Assembly (NCBI GenBank): GCA_051362555.1
Contig: CM120640.1
Span: 8,122,001-8,186,000, forward strand
Direction: 5' to 3'
Length of the DNA: 64,000 nt
DNA from: Lingula anatina
Taxonomy: Eukaryota > Animalia > Brachiopoda
This document shows positions 1-14,600 of this stretch, one piece after another. The first letter of the stretch is position 1. Every line of letters starts with the position of its first letter. Below the pieces are notes generated by a model. The model ran no database searches. It saw only the letters and a list, made by a program, of their open reading frames with translations, and was not told the DNA's origin. A program made the translations under genes and the position numbers.

Positions 1-3000
1 AACACAGATAAATACTTAAACCTGCGCTTTTATCGAGGACACACTTCAAAATAGATAATTCAGTAGTAGAAATGGTTAAAGCTCCTTGGCGCCTAAAAAG
101 CGGAAGTACAGGCCAAAAATTCATTAAAAGGCTGGGATGGAGTAATTCTACTGTTAAATTGTACTGGTCACGGAGGGAGCTTTGCATATCGTCGTCATTT
201 ATCCAAAGCCATGGGCCTTTGAATGAATTATCCGATTTGTCTTAAGCAGTCAAATTCATGACAGAAAACGATATTTCGCTCCGGCTCAATGCATTCGTTT
301 GTTCCCGTGGGTTGGCTCCCACGTTCCTTAAAACCGTTAATTCGCAGGATTACATATATAATGACTATTTATACGACTATTGAAAAAGTGAATGGGGGAT
401 TAAATGCTGATTTCCATCGATGAAACATTTCTAATGAGTTTTTGTAAAGAACTGACAGGGTTGAAAACTATGTACAGTTTTGTAACTTCGGTTATATATT
501 TTTGATCTGACAGTGAGATTTATATACTTAAAATAGAATTATTTGTATGTATCTATCTTTATCGTTATGAGCAGACATTCTGTAGATAAATAAATGCATG
601 AAAATGACTTCATTAGTCAACCAGGATGAAAGGGCAAATAAAAACCATCATCAATGGCCTTAGTGTCGCAATGTAAAGTTGATTGTGTTCTCTGTACCAA
701 CTTCAAGACAAACAAATCAAAACTACAAATGCCACTTTAAAAAGAAATTTTAAAAAGCGAATTTCTCACTTTGAATACTATTTACTGTTGGGGTTCGACA
801 CCGTTCCTAAGCAACAGGACGTCCTTTTTGCCACATCAAGTAGAGAACAAAGCAGAGGGTCACTGCCAAATGCTGGAACTGAAACGATATAATTGCTGTT
901 TCAACATGGGCGTTAATTAACCGTGTCAAGTAAAAAATAACTCATTTTTTATAAGTTAACTTTCGGAGGAAATTCAACAAGATCAAGTGAACCAAATTGG
1001 TCTCACCTTTTCAACGCTCACTTTCACAGCAAGAACAAGGTAGTTGTTAGTGAAGCCTTACTGCCAAATTTCAAAGATTACTCTATCAATTAGCGTAACT
1101 CACAATCGAGCAGGTTCTCGTTGAAGGGTCAAGTCCCAAGCAAATAAGCAGCGGTACTTGTGTTTTCATCTTCCCTAATTAGACAACATTCACACTTCAC
1201 ATGGAAAAAAAGCGGCCTCATTAAAACTCGCCGCAGCCGTGGAGATTGAACCCCTAGCCCGACACCTTAATCAATCATCGTGTGTTTAAAGAAAATTATC
1301 AGATAAAATTATGATTCTGTGTGTAATTGTAAACATTCGCGGTCCTACCATGCTGTGCTGTCGAGAGGTCGCAACAGCTAGGATCAAATTTGCTCAAAAA
1401 ACTTAGTCTCAAACTGTGCAGAGTTCCTACTAAATAAATTCCTGGGTTCAGACTTTGGGTAGAGCGCAAGGTATCGAGTAATTAGAGTCATATCCAACTA
1501 GGTTGACTTTTAACACAGGAATTCTTAGCCTGAAAATTAGCCTGTCGCCTTCCAGAGCGAGAGCAATCTATGCCAGCATATGAGCCCTTTCCTATGATTG
1601 AGAGCGCAAATGGCGAACTAACTTCCTTGCAACCTCCTGACATTTATACCTGATCCAGGAGCTCTCCGTGCCGCTGCTGAGGAAAGCAAGAAATTACTTT
1701 CAATAACTTTAAACTCAGGGGAATTTAAAGATTTCACTTATTTCTCTTTCTATTGGAAACCCTGAAATTGAAAAAAGATATTTTAATTCTTTGAGTGCAA
1801 TATAGTTTTCCCCGTTTTTACTTACTTTGAACTTGGGAAATTGTAAATTTCTTTTTAAGTGAAAATCTAAACAGTCAAAATGTATTTCGTCAAATATTCA
1901 ATTCGCGGAAAACAGAATATTAGATTCGGAGTTACATAAATATAAATAAGAAAATCTAAAACGGGAAAATGGCAAGAAAAAATAGAGACGCATTCAGTTA
2001 TTCTGTATCTTTAATGTCAAATGAAGCATTACCGCAATTTACCATAAATACGTACACTTTCTGGCTGCGAATATCAACGCCATAATCAGATGGTATGCTG
2101 ATGTGACCAGGAATTGATAATGTATGCAATATTCTGGGTTGTATTTGCTTAAACTGCACATTTTTCTCCAACTGCAGTCGAAAAATGTCGGTTTTATTTT
2201 ACTCTCCTTTAAAGCGGTCGGTAAATCACAGTCAATAAAGTACTTCGCATAATGTATGGCTTACCGCCTCTTAAGCTTGTCACCTTTAAAATATAGCGCG
2301 TTTGTCCGTGTCCTAAGGGTGGAATAATTTATAAATTAATACCCCTGTGGAATACATCGAAAATATTGTAAAGTGGATGGGAAACATGATTTTTTTCTAT
2401 TCTAGATGCAGGTTAGTGCCACTAATAGCGGGTGACAACACCGTCCGTGACTCCTATCATCACGACAAATCTTAACTATCCGTTGTCCCCTACCTTGACA
2501 AACTGGGGACATTCCTAATGACATTGTAAAGACTCTTACTGATGCCACAGACTGCAGTCATTCGGGGCTCGGTAATCTATGGCAGGAGGGGACAATGGGC
2601 ATCTGTTGTTGAGTTGCGAAAGTGGAAAAGGCCTTGTGTGGAGCTAAAATCAACTGCAAGTTAATGTTTTACATGAAGAACTTACTAGTAATACAAACAA
2701 CATATGAATGACGACCTTACAATATATCAGACAATAACATTCTACTTAAATTGGTTTTGAAAGAGAAATGAAGTTAGTATGCCATTCATTTATATTTCAT
2801 GCTCTGTGGTGATTTGTCAAATCATAATACATAAAAAACACAAAATGAAAAATAATAAGATGGGTGAAACAAATAACATATATCTATGCCGACCAAAATT
2901 CAATGGTAATACACAACAAAGAAATTATTTTCCTACTATGTTTTTATCTTACATATCTACAGTCAAATGTGGAAAGTTTCTGAGATATTACACTATATAT

Positions 3001-6000
3001 GTTATAGTGTTCATTTAAAATCTTATAACTTATAACAGGTGGGAAATTCAATTCCTCAAATTATTTTTCTTTTTTTTAACGCAGATAACAACTTTTTTTC
3101 AATTTTGACTTTTTTATTTTTCACCCTTCAACTATGTATTTTCCCGCGCTCAGCATTTTAGATTTCACACACCCAGTCAAACAACCAAAAAAAATAGAGA
3201 GAAATAAATTCAAGTCATTCCTAATGTGCTCCTTTATCTGATGGTGAGATAAGCCTATTGGTAGGAATGTGAAGTTCGAACCTACGTTTACTACCCTAAT
3301 CAATCATATTTGAGATGAGGCTCGATTTCGGAGCGCCATTTCCATATAAAAAGGCTTGTACAAATATTTTCTACCTGAAATGCACTTTGAAAGTTAATTT
3401 CCTAGTGTTTCCGAAGCGTATTTGTACTGCTCGGCAATCAGTCTCGTATGGAAACATTCCATTGTGGAATAAAGAATATTCTCTATCGTGGCCGCCATCC
3501 AGCACCGATCGTGTCGCTTCCACAGGCGGGTGCACAGGATCACCGTATCATATCTGTCCAGTCACGTAGAGTGGGGGTCCTAAGTCTGACTACCGTCTCT
3601 AAGGACCAAGGGAAATTGTGATTTCCAACAAGTGTGAAATTGAAACTTTATTGATTATGCACATTTGACCCTGCGTACCACATTTTCTAGTTTTAACGAA
3701 AATAGGATTGTCTCCGTGTTCTTATTCTTGATAACATTTGTGCTTTAATTTTGCAAAAAAAAGTGCAATGAAATATTAACTTGGAGGTAGAATTTTTTCT
3801 CTAAACCAGCAGCTTATGCGTGGTTAAAAAAGAGCCCAGATGGACTGAATGCAATGATAATTGTACGGTTTCAGTTACCACCTAGATTGAGTGTTCGTTT
3901 CTTCCTTTGAAAGAATAATTCGTTCCGAATGGACTAGAATTGACTTGGAAGAAAGCGCGCTTTCCAACACAGTTATTAAAGAAAATGGACGCATGTTATT
4001 GATCAGGCCCCCTCTTTGTAGTGCTTTGTTCCTTCCATCACTTCGTTGAAGAGATTTGTTACCAGCTGCAGTTTGTTGTGATCGATTCTTTTGCCCACCT
4101 TTGCTACCTACTATAATTAGTGCGCCATTTGAGAAGCAGATTGAGAGGGACCCGATGCGATGTCCCGCCATATGTCGGTGCTAGTGTGACACCGAAATTC
4201 AATACAAAATTGCGAAACAAAAAAATCCATCTCCAGATACTTAATTTCGTTATTGCGTGAATACACCTTATTTGTAAATAAATGTCTTTTTTCGTCGTGA
4301 AAGCAATCACTAGGCTGTGATCCCGAAGGTGTGAAGTATAAAATGAAAGCCAAAGAAAACACACAAAAGGTTTAAAAGATGGAAACGGGAATAAACGAGC
4401 CGCAACCATAATTTGTTCGTGTAAAATGATGCAGATGCTTTTGTGACCAAGATGCTGATAAATTACCTTCAACAATTTCAATTGGATATGACTCAAGCTC
4501 ACAGAGGGCTGTGTAAAATTTGACACTGTATCAGGGAACAATAGGATCACAGAGATGAACGACTATGCCCCCATATAAAAGCAAGATATCAAATTATGTT
4601 TAGCACACATCTTTCATAACGTCTTTGTCACTTAGAACTGCTAGCGTGCCGAACTGCTCAACCCCAAAAACGCCGTTGCACCCACGATTCACACCCCGTA
4701 TTCGTGTTTCAATCACTTAAGACCTCAGTTTTTGTGACCTTCAAAAGTCTCCTATTTTTCAAAAAAAGAATGGACGTTTAACAAATATACTTCTAACGAT
4801 ACACCATTCCACACCAGAACCTTTTCTTTGATTGTCACAGTTAAAAGTCTTTCCGTGTTTTGCACAATTGATGTCGCGCATAAATAATGACAAATTTCCT
4901 CCTTGTTTGAGTTTTATTCTTACTAATGACGGCGAACGTAAAGAACGAATTAATTGAATTAACTCAACCACCTCCAGTCTTCATTTACACATCTTCCATC
5001 ATCTAAAACGCCAGTCTAGATGAGATTTTAATCCACGTCTTCACTTTAGTAGATTCAGTAGATTTTCCGGTCTCCCGCCTTTGATTGTTTTGTTCGGCTG
5101 CCTTGAGACTTCACGAGTTTGTTGTAACACTTGCTGCCTTCGCCCAATTAAATGAGAAAATTTCCAATGTAACGGTTGTCTGGGTTAATTACTGTGGAAT
5201 CCTGAGACATTTAGTTTCATATACTACCAGCCTGACCTAAGTACAACGCCAGAGTTTCCTAGGTATGGAGTCACGAAAAATATTACAACTAGGCCTACGT
5301 GGAGAAAGACATCTGATCTTTATTATTGATTTTATTATTCAGAACCGTTTAGAGAAAACAAATACCACATATACAAAATTGAATTATATACTTTTAGCAA
5401 GCCAACTTTGAACTGGACAGATTTAAATTCTCAAATGTCACCTGCACAGGTTGCGGAGTAAACTCAGGCATCGCTATCTGAATAAAACATTTATCCTCTT
5501 TCTCTAAAACGATCCCCTTTTAGCTCTCAGCATGCCACAAAATGAGCTAGACTTAATTAACTAGGATAAATTTCTTGTTTGGCTCTGTTTGAGTCGATAA
5601 TAAAAGATTGATTAGCCCAATTCATTTATTTATTGCAGCAAGACTTGATATCAGAGCATGACTGCAAAATCATTTGTGAAAAATATGATGTGGGATCCAT
5701 TTGTTTAATTCCCGTAATGCTTAGAGCGCGTTATCTCGTTCTCCCACAACTGCGAGTTGAGCGATCAATACCAAAATCACAAGACCCAGCAGATGAGAAA
5801 ATAACCGAAGAATGAAACGATTTATAACAGTAATAATAAGAGTATCATTATCTCTTTGAAACAGCCCAATTCACTGAAGCGAGAGCACTGTCATAAAACA
5901 AATGGGACGAATAATAAGAGAGCAATTACCACTTGGGAGCTATACTTTTCTTCTCGCCTTCAAGCGGAATAATGCTTTCAAAAATGTCGCGGAACAAATT

Positions 6001-7640
6001 AGTTAAATACGACGTTTACAAACCTAAAATTGCCCGCAATCACTCGTCTTGCAGCCACAGTAGAAAAGTGGTTGCATAAAAAATATACAGCCACATCACT
6101 GTCACTTTACAAAAATAGAAGGATTTATATTTCAGCACAACTGCCACTGCAAAAAAAATCACTTTTTTTCTCTCGATGTGCGTGATTTTTTTTTTCATTC
6201 TAATCACTTTGTGAATTACATTATGGCAAAAATGTGTATGTGGGTTATTCCCAAAATAATGTACAGAGAAATAAACTTTACTACAACTAAATCAAAATAG
6301 GATAGACACCATATCAAAATTGCAACAAAAAAGGAAGAGAATTCCATCATGTTTTCAGAAACCCTTCAGTTGGAATACATATCATTTGCTTGGTTTTGTT
6401 TAGATACAATTCAAGTGATCGTCTGGGCAATGGAGTTGTCAATCAGCAGACGATCGTCATAAAATTGAAGTATGGCGCGTGTGTTAACATAAACAATAAG
6501 GCTTTGAGTGTTTCGTTTGCTGTAATTCAATCCCGTTAAGGCAGACGAGAAACTTCTAACTTTTTGGTCCTTAGAGTTCATAAAATCTCACCTAAATTTG
6601 CAGCAAACTACCAACATGCTTTCAGACGTTAGCTGCTGAATATTTCACGAGAACAGTAATCTATTTGTTCGTTAATAATTTAGAGTCAAATTTCTGATAA
6701 CTCAAAGCAAATTGCATTTCAACTTGAATAGCAAGCCATCATTATGAAAATAATACAATTTTAGCCTTGTCCAATTTCTAGATTTTTCTCCCGACCTTAT
6801 CTTATTGAGATCAGCTATTTCAACGTGATTTTATCGCAAACGAGCGAATAATGATACTATTAAGCACAAAAGCAAATATAGCAGAAAATGACCCATTAAA
6901 TTTTATATGTAATTTAGCAACTAAGATGGTAGACAAGAAAATTTACGAATAAATTTTGGTCACATAAACTACCATTAACGATGGCATTTTCAAAAGTAGC
7001 TTTCGAGGATGCGTTAAAAAAGACAAAGTGGCGGTTTTGCTGTCTTACTAAAAATCCATTATCTTCAACTAAAAACAATAAAAATATAAATTGCCCCTTT
7101 GAAGTAATCATTGATATGAATAAACCGCTGACTATCCCTCAGGTTCGCGTTAACTCTGTACATTTTGGTCATATTTTCGGTAGTTATCTGTACTATGACG
7201 CCTCTGAGTGAATGTAGATACACATCACATAGCAGCACATATCCTGCAAGTGATTCAATTCGCATACTCACTCTAGATCAGGTGCATCTTGCTAAGCCTC
7301 CGAAAACAAATTATAACAAACGAGCTCGAAACCCTTGAAGCCGAGGGAGAGAGGAAGCCCAAGATCGTAAATAATGGCTGCCGTGGACCAAGCCGAAACC
7401 TTCCAATTTCCAGCGCACCAAGAGATCCCGCCCTCTTCAACTAATCTAACATCATCCCGCTACTTGCTAAATGGGGTCACATCTAATGTAGACCAACTAC
7501 CACAAGCTGCCATGCAGACAACATGTCAATTTTCCCCAGCAACCCTCTAAATATCAATTCTTGCCTGCATCGCCGCCAAACTCAAACCCCCGGTAAACCA
7601 ACGATAAGCAACAGCGTATTGATAGCTTAATGTACAACAA

Positions 7641-7646
7641 TTTATT
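7641..7646 (-). terminator. Probable Msx polyadenylation signal (AATAAA)
   Basis: AATAAA on - strand about 735 nt after the stop, followed by GT-rich sequence (gctgttgcttatcgttggttt) typical of a downstream element. Confidence 0.55.
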
Positions 7647-8381
7647 TACATCTATACATTCACTTTAACATGCGAAAAAATTCGTAATCATGTCATATTT
7701 TACCCCAGTTTTCAAATAGCACCAGCACATGTCGGGATATGTCAATCTCCAAAAATGGAGCTGTTTACTTTGTTAAATTACTATTTTCTATATATGTCTA
7801 CATTGCTTTCAAAAGGAAAACATTTACAATCCGTAGTTGTCATTAAGTTACTGTTGCACAGCATTAATTCATAGTCGACTAAGATTGAAGGCTCTAGCCT
7901 TCTGAAACGATCATTTACTTATTTATATATTTACAAGGTCTTAAAGTGTTTACGTACTTTTGTCGTCAATTTTGAAAAAAAAAATCTAATGGTCAAATCT
8001 TGAGCAAATGGCAGGTGTACAATTGGCATCAGAAGCAGTTTGCTGGATCTAACAAGATTTTTTTAAAACCTCCGGAGCCATTTGTCACAAGCTCAATTGT
8101 GAACAGTTGCCTCAAAGAGAAAACTTTTTAAAATCGTTCTACACAATTCTAATGTGTTGTCAAAATGTCCATGGGAATAGTTTATCACATTATTGCACGT
8201 TTCATATTAAAGCAAAAGTCGTGACAATTATTTAACAGTGAATTTCTCTTGATTGGATCGCCCTCCTGAGGCGGTACATATTAACTGAGGCAGTCATCCG
8301 AACAGAGCTGAGCTGCAGTGATAAACTGGATCCCAGAGGTTCTCTGGACTGAATGAGGCGAGACTTGCGCCAGTATCATCA

Positions 8382-8837
<456 letters not shown>

Positions 8838-11020
8838 TTAAACTAAAATAAATAATAAAATTGTGTTAACATTACCATCTTACAATTTCAAAAACATATT
8901 AAATTTAAAGACAATATCTATATAATTTCCGAGTATCTAGTTCACAGTCAAAATACCATATAAATCATTAAGCGCCCAACTGAAGAAAACACGGATTCAC
9001 TTATTTTTCACTCGTAAAATAAGAAATATAATCAAGCAATAAACATTAATCTAGAAAATAAAATCCGCAGGCGTTTCCGTAGGTAATTATGATTGTGATT
9101 ATCATACGATAAAATCTGTTAGGAAATTACTTTATCTTATCATAAACTTAAACAAGAAGGGCACTAAATTTTGTCCTAAATCTGATAAAATATCTTATGA
9201 TTTTAACGTCATTCTTTAGTTTGGTTTTCTTCTACCAAATACATAAAAAGCATTTTACACTTCCTAACATTTCCTATTTTGGTTTTTAGCAGATTTATAT
9301 TTTGGGATCACTTCATCTTAAAGGGTTTTTCGATGATAAAATAATTTACTGCTGACTAAGACACAGACTGTACCAAATAAGGAGCAATTGGGGTTACTAA
9401 CATCACAATTAATCTTTTTAGGTAGTGGGTAGGTCGGTCGTAATATTAGCAAAGGCAATTTGTCAGGACGAGTTCTGCATACTGATGCTCTCAAAAAAAA
9501 ATCCTGACCATCCTAGGTTTGCGTTTATTCAATGAATTTTTTAAAACTATTTTTCTAAAATATTTTCCTGGCCTTAAATATATTCATTTGCGCTCGACAT
9601 ATTGTTTTTATTTTCATCTGCAGGCAACCTCTTGGCAAAGAGCGAGGGATTGAGATACACAGGGCCGTTTGCGTGTTGTTTTATTTATTGTTTTATTGCT
9701 TGACATATCGATTTCGACAACTTCCTTGACTTATACAGGTCAACTAGAGAACGCAGGCCGTCGCTCCACTTAGAACAAAACAGGAAACCTTCTACAAGAT
9801 GGTAATGGTTAAATAAGAGTTGGTTTTGTGCAACAATTGGCCTATTAATTTTATTTGAAGTACGCCGAGGACAAAAATAAACACAGACAGGAGGAGAAAA
9901 AAAATTAAATTGGAGAATTACAAATATTTCACAGGATTATCCAAGTTCAAATATTATAATAAACGTCCAATAAGAATATACTAATAATTTAATAACAGAA
10001 AAATGCTACTCATTGCCAGGACAAATTTGAATACCCAAAACTGAACAAAAATTAGCAAAATACGTGTTTGAAAAATGTTAACCACTTTGTAATTGAATAA
10101 TTGCTTGCATGCGGAGATAGATTTAAGTCTTCAGGGAGATATGTAGCATCAATACAACCTTTTGTTTTACACGATAATTTATCGCCCTGGTTATCTTCCC
10201 ATCATGACTAGTCTTCTATCATTACAAGGTAGAACATTTAATAAGAGAGCGCTCCTAAATTTTAATAGGGCACTTACATAGTAATTACACACAATCACCT
10301 AACAAGAACGGAACTACATAAGAAGAACAAATGACCTTTTTGGAACTGCAGTTGTAATTGAATTAATTACCAATTTGCTGAAACAATACATCCATTAAGC
10401 TTGTAGTTGCGAGGGTCTGGCAATTCATCAAAATTCCATTGCACAGAATAAGTTAAACGCTGCCCTGAACCCAATATTTAGGAGCAGGAGTTCTAATTTT
10501 CTTCTTGGTGAAATGTGTGTTGTAACCGTGGGGAGATCGGGCGCCACTTCATGGGATGAACTAAAATCTGATACTCCCAACAGAGACCACTAGTATATCA
10601 AGTACTCCTCTTATTCGAACGTCAGTGCTTGATACAGATTTAATAAAACTATACTCCTGTAGTTTTATCAAAATTAATTTCTTTTGACGTTCTGTTTGCC
10701 ATTTTAACTTAGTGTTGTTAGATTGGTGATTATGTTTGTTTTTAACAGCACGTTTACCAGAGTTGTTCGATTTAGAAAAAAAGATAATTGTTTTCCTGTT
10801 GTTCTTGCTCCCCTGAGTATCATTAAAAACGAATTTCCTCCCCTAATTTGCTGGCAAAAATATGTGAGTGCACTAGGCACTGTGCAAAAATACAGGCGAT
10901 TACTGTGTTGGACTACAATTTTGTACAGTGCAATCACAGTAGCAAAAAAAAAATAAATACATAGAATGAATACATTTCAACCACTTAGAAATAAACTAAA
11001 ATACATTATTCAATACTTAC

Positions 11021-11465
11021 GAGGCTGTGGAGGTGAAAGCGTCGAAGCACTTGGTATGGATGTAGGTAACCATGGAAACGCAGTAGCCCACTTCGATCCG
11101 TCAGGAGAGTGCAGTAAATTTGGAGATATGGCAGCGTCGGACTTAGGAAGAGGCTTACTCAGTATGCCCGTCACACTAAATGAGTGACTCACGGTAGGGA
11201 CCGAGGACGAGGGACTTTGGGGAGAGGGGGTCTCTCTGATTTCTGGACTTTCTCTGTCTGAATTGTCCAATTTCTTATCAGCCATAATAGAGTCCACACT
11301 AAAACTTATTCCTTCTCTAACCGTGGGAGCCGTGGTTTTGACATCGACCTGAACCTCTTCTGGGGAACTCGGAGAGCTATGGCTCTCTCTATCCCTAGTG
11401 GCATTGTTTGTTGGTTTACTAAACGCTGAATTGCTACTCGTCTGTAAGGTTGTGTTCGGTAACAT
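11021..11465 (-). CDS. Msx: Msx (muscle segment homeobox / msh / Drop) coding exon 1
   Basis: ATG at 11465. Two eh1-like motifs (FSVDSIM, FSVTGIL) and an FPWL motif. Ends in consensus donor C|GTAAGT at 11021/11020, phase 1, which matches exon 2. Confidence 0.93.
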
Positions 11466-11605
11466 CGTGCCCGATCAATGCCAACCCAAAACCACGTCCG
11501 TTGTGTCCACTCAGTCCAGATTTAGTCTTCTTCTCTGTGTCAGACGAGATCTTAGCTCCGAATGATCATAGTAAGCTTGATACCACAACATATCCATCAT
11601 GGTGG

Positions 11606-11651
11606 TGACGTCACAACACTAACGTCCCCTATTGGTCGAAAATTTAATTGG
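11606..11651 (-). promoter_or_regulatory. Candidate Msx proximal promoter: CRE palindrome plus two CCAAT boxes
   Basis: TGACGTCA at 11606-11613. CCAAT on - strand at 11631-11635 and 11647-11651. All lie 140-190 nt upstream of the ATG. Confidence 0.5.
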
Positions 11652-14600
11652 CTGTAATAGAAAATAAATTTGCTGTGTATAAATAAGTGCCACTGACCGG
11701 GCTGTCTGTTTAATGTTTATTACTATCGCATAATCTAATTATGAGGAGGATGCTAATTAATGGATGGGGGTTGGGTTCACAATAGGGAGCCGGCGCTTGC
11801 TGTATTCTTCCCTTTATGTCGCAAAGGTATGTGAATAGACGGTATCTCTAAAAGGATCATTTGAAAAGGCTCATAAAATTTGATTCAAGCGAATAATAGA
11901 AGCTATTTGCACTTTACATGCTGCTTTAGTGCCGATCAATTACCAGTTCTTTTTGAGTTGCCTAATTGCTTGAGCAAGCAGGCAGTCAAGTCTTGTCACT
12001 CTTTTCTATAGGGAGACAAGTTAAGTTTCAAGAAGGCGCCAGGGTCGGGGTACATCAAAGAAAACAGCCCCGCGCATAGAACGCAAGAGCTCCCCCCAAT
12101 ACGCAGAATTTGTAAAGTGAATACACCTCAAACCGTACTGGTAATACCAGATATTTTACACGCCCGCGGCGCAATGATCCACCTCTGTACCCACGCACAA
12201 AGCGGAGGCATAACAAAGTGCAACTAAGTAGAGAAAGCCACTTAATGTAGAATCAAAACGATCCGTTCGAATCATCTTTTAAATGATCTCGAGTCATTTT
12301 GACATGAGGCTGCCGATTGTGTCGGTTTGAAACTATTAAACGCACAGACCCGGCAAATGATAGCTGACACTACTTTGGCCAAAGACACATTAATGGGTTT
12401 CGAATAAACGGCAATAATTCTAGGTGAAAGATTAGCTATTTTCCGAACAGTCGTCCTCGTAAAAAAAGTCCGCAGTTGTTGTCTTGTATCTTTTGATCTG
12501 GGCCTAAGTTAAAGAGAGCCGTGGAGTGTGTTTATCTAAACTGGCGTCAATTACAGGATTCTTTGTTAAGAGATGTATACAAGGCTTGAGAAGATTACTG
12601 TGCTAGTGATATCTAAAGGGCGCATCCTTTTATCCGTATTGACTCGGGTGTTACGTGGGAAAGGCCACCGGGTATTGAAAGAAACAAACAATCTAAGCAC
12701 CTACTCATTAAGCTATCGTAAAATTAGTCCTTACTAACTTGCTAAGACTGTGATAAGAACTCCGTCTCCTTCCGCTCTCAAATAATTATCTGTAATAGAT
12801 CCCGTTGCATTTACTTTACGAACGGCACGGAGGGGGGACGGGATTCTGTTCCGGTCACTTAGAGAGTTGCTCTGGCGCAGAATTGGAAATGAGGGACCAA
12901 AGAGCCCGCAGAGGGCCCGGCATTAGACTGAAACAAATTGAAATTCAGTTCTGCAACTTTCGCAAACTTTGGAATAATCGGGAACCTGCTGCAAAGCAGA
13001 GGGATAATTACACTCTTCACTGACCCGCGCTGGTGTAATTTGGACTCCCCAATCAAATGCTTGTTAACTAATGCCAGCGCACGTGCAAAATTGATTATCA
13101 ACTACCCCGCAAATTGTCTTTGCAAATACCGCATAATTGCGGAGTAAGCTTGTAAAACAAACAACGTTAAGGGTTTAGCATATTAGCTTTAACAGTTTAA
13201 TGAATTAGATGGTTGATTAACAAGCACTTCAAATTTTTGATTGAGCTGCGTGCCTCCCAAGGATTAGAAACCACCCCCCGCACCTTAGAAAACAGTAAAA
13301 ACAGCAAAGAAAAAAAACGGAGGTGCTAACATTGGCGGTGCGATGAGCCGTTACGGATTACGAGGCACGCCAACACAAAAGTCATCACGACTTACAGGGA
13401 GGATAAACCCGGTTGCGGTGGCTATCTACGCCTGATGTCCGACAAAGAGAACAGATGCTGGCCTGACCAGTGTCATTCATAAAGTAACTGACCACTACTG
13501 TGTACATTCATTAAAGTAATTAATTCTAATAAGGCACGTGGGATGTCTTCCGGTTAATTCAATACGAACGTGTGCTTCAAGGTGAAGCTGATTATGAATA
13601 AACCATTCTGACTACGAATCTGAATTCATCGTCATGACAAACTGGTCTGTATTTCCTTGCAAATTGCTTATTCCTTTCATTTTCTGATCCCCTCTTTTTA
13701 TTTTCATTTGCTCAGATTTTTTTTCTTTGCACACAATGCCACGGATCACGAACATTTCAACTTCAAAACAATGCTTTACATGTCTTTATCACAGCTAAAG
13801 CTAAAACATAGGTTCTTACATTTGAAGGTCGAACATTCCTCCAACTTATAACGCATTATGCTCTTTAAAATATATATCAAATGTTGTAAACATGCTGAGA
13901 TGTGAAACAAAATCACATAATGATTTAGTATCATGAATGATTTAAAGCACAAAATCTAGCTAATCACGCTATTCATCAATCACTTATAATTAATAAAACA
14001 AGATCGTGTTTTCCTAAATCAAGTGTGATTAAAGCTAATTTTAGGAGAATTATACTTGATAAAAAACACACATTCAAGAGGAGAAATGCCTGGTTAGATT
14101 TCCAGTAGCTTTTTTTACCGTTTTTGCAGTACGCATGATTTGTATGAATCACTGCTTTCATGGCTGTCTCTATTCAGCTCACTCGGCTTGTTATGCCCAA
14201 GACCTCGGAGATATGATGTCTATCTCTGCCAAATGAGAGGGTCTCGTGCCCAATGTTTTTAGAGGCACGATAATTATTACTGTGGGCTCGTGTAAGGTAT
14301 AAAATTTGTAAAAGAACAATAGATATGAGGGTGACATGCACATACTTGCAGTATAGGAGTAGCGAATGCGTGCAGATTTATCGTAAAATTTTAATAGAAA
14401 AATCATAAGACATTACCACAAGATAAATGGAACAAAAGACACTTTTCTCCGCGTCTAGACATAATTTCCAATTATCTAAAGACCTTCTACGAGATCGGGT
14501 CACTTATCAAAATCCAAATTTATATATGCCTTTCAAAACAGTGTAATATTATAGTTTTGAGGGGTGCTTAGTTTTCATTTAAAGTGGTATCTCTTCCTCC

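Noticed and set aside
1-7600. Short ORFs left of Msx (e.g. 4104-4550, 3875-4171, a 27-codon ORF at 1570-1653)
   Set aside because: No recognisable domain, splice logic or coding-like composition; consistent with chance ORFs in AT-rich DNA.
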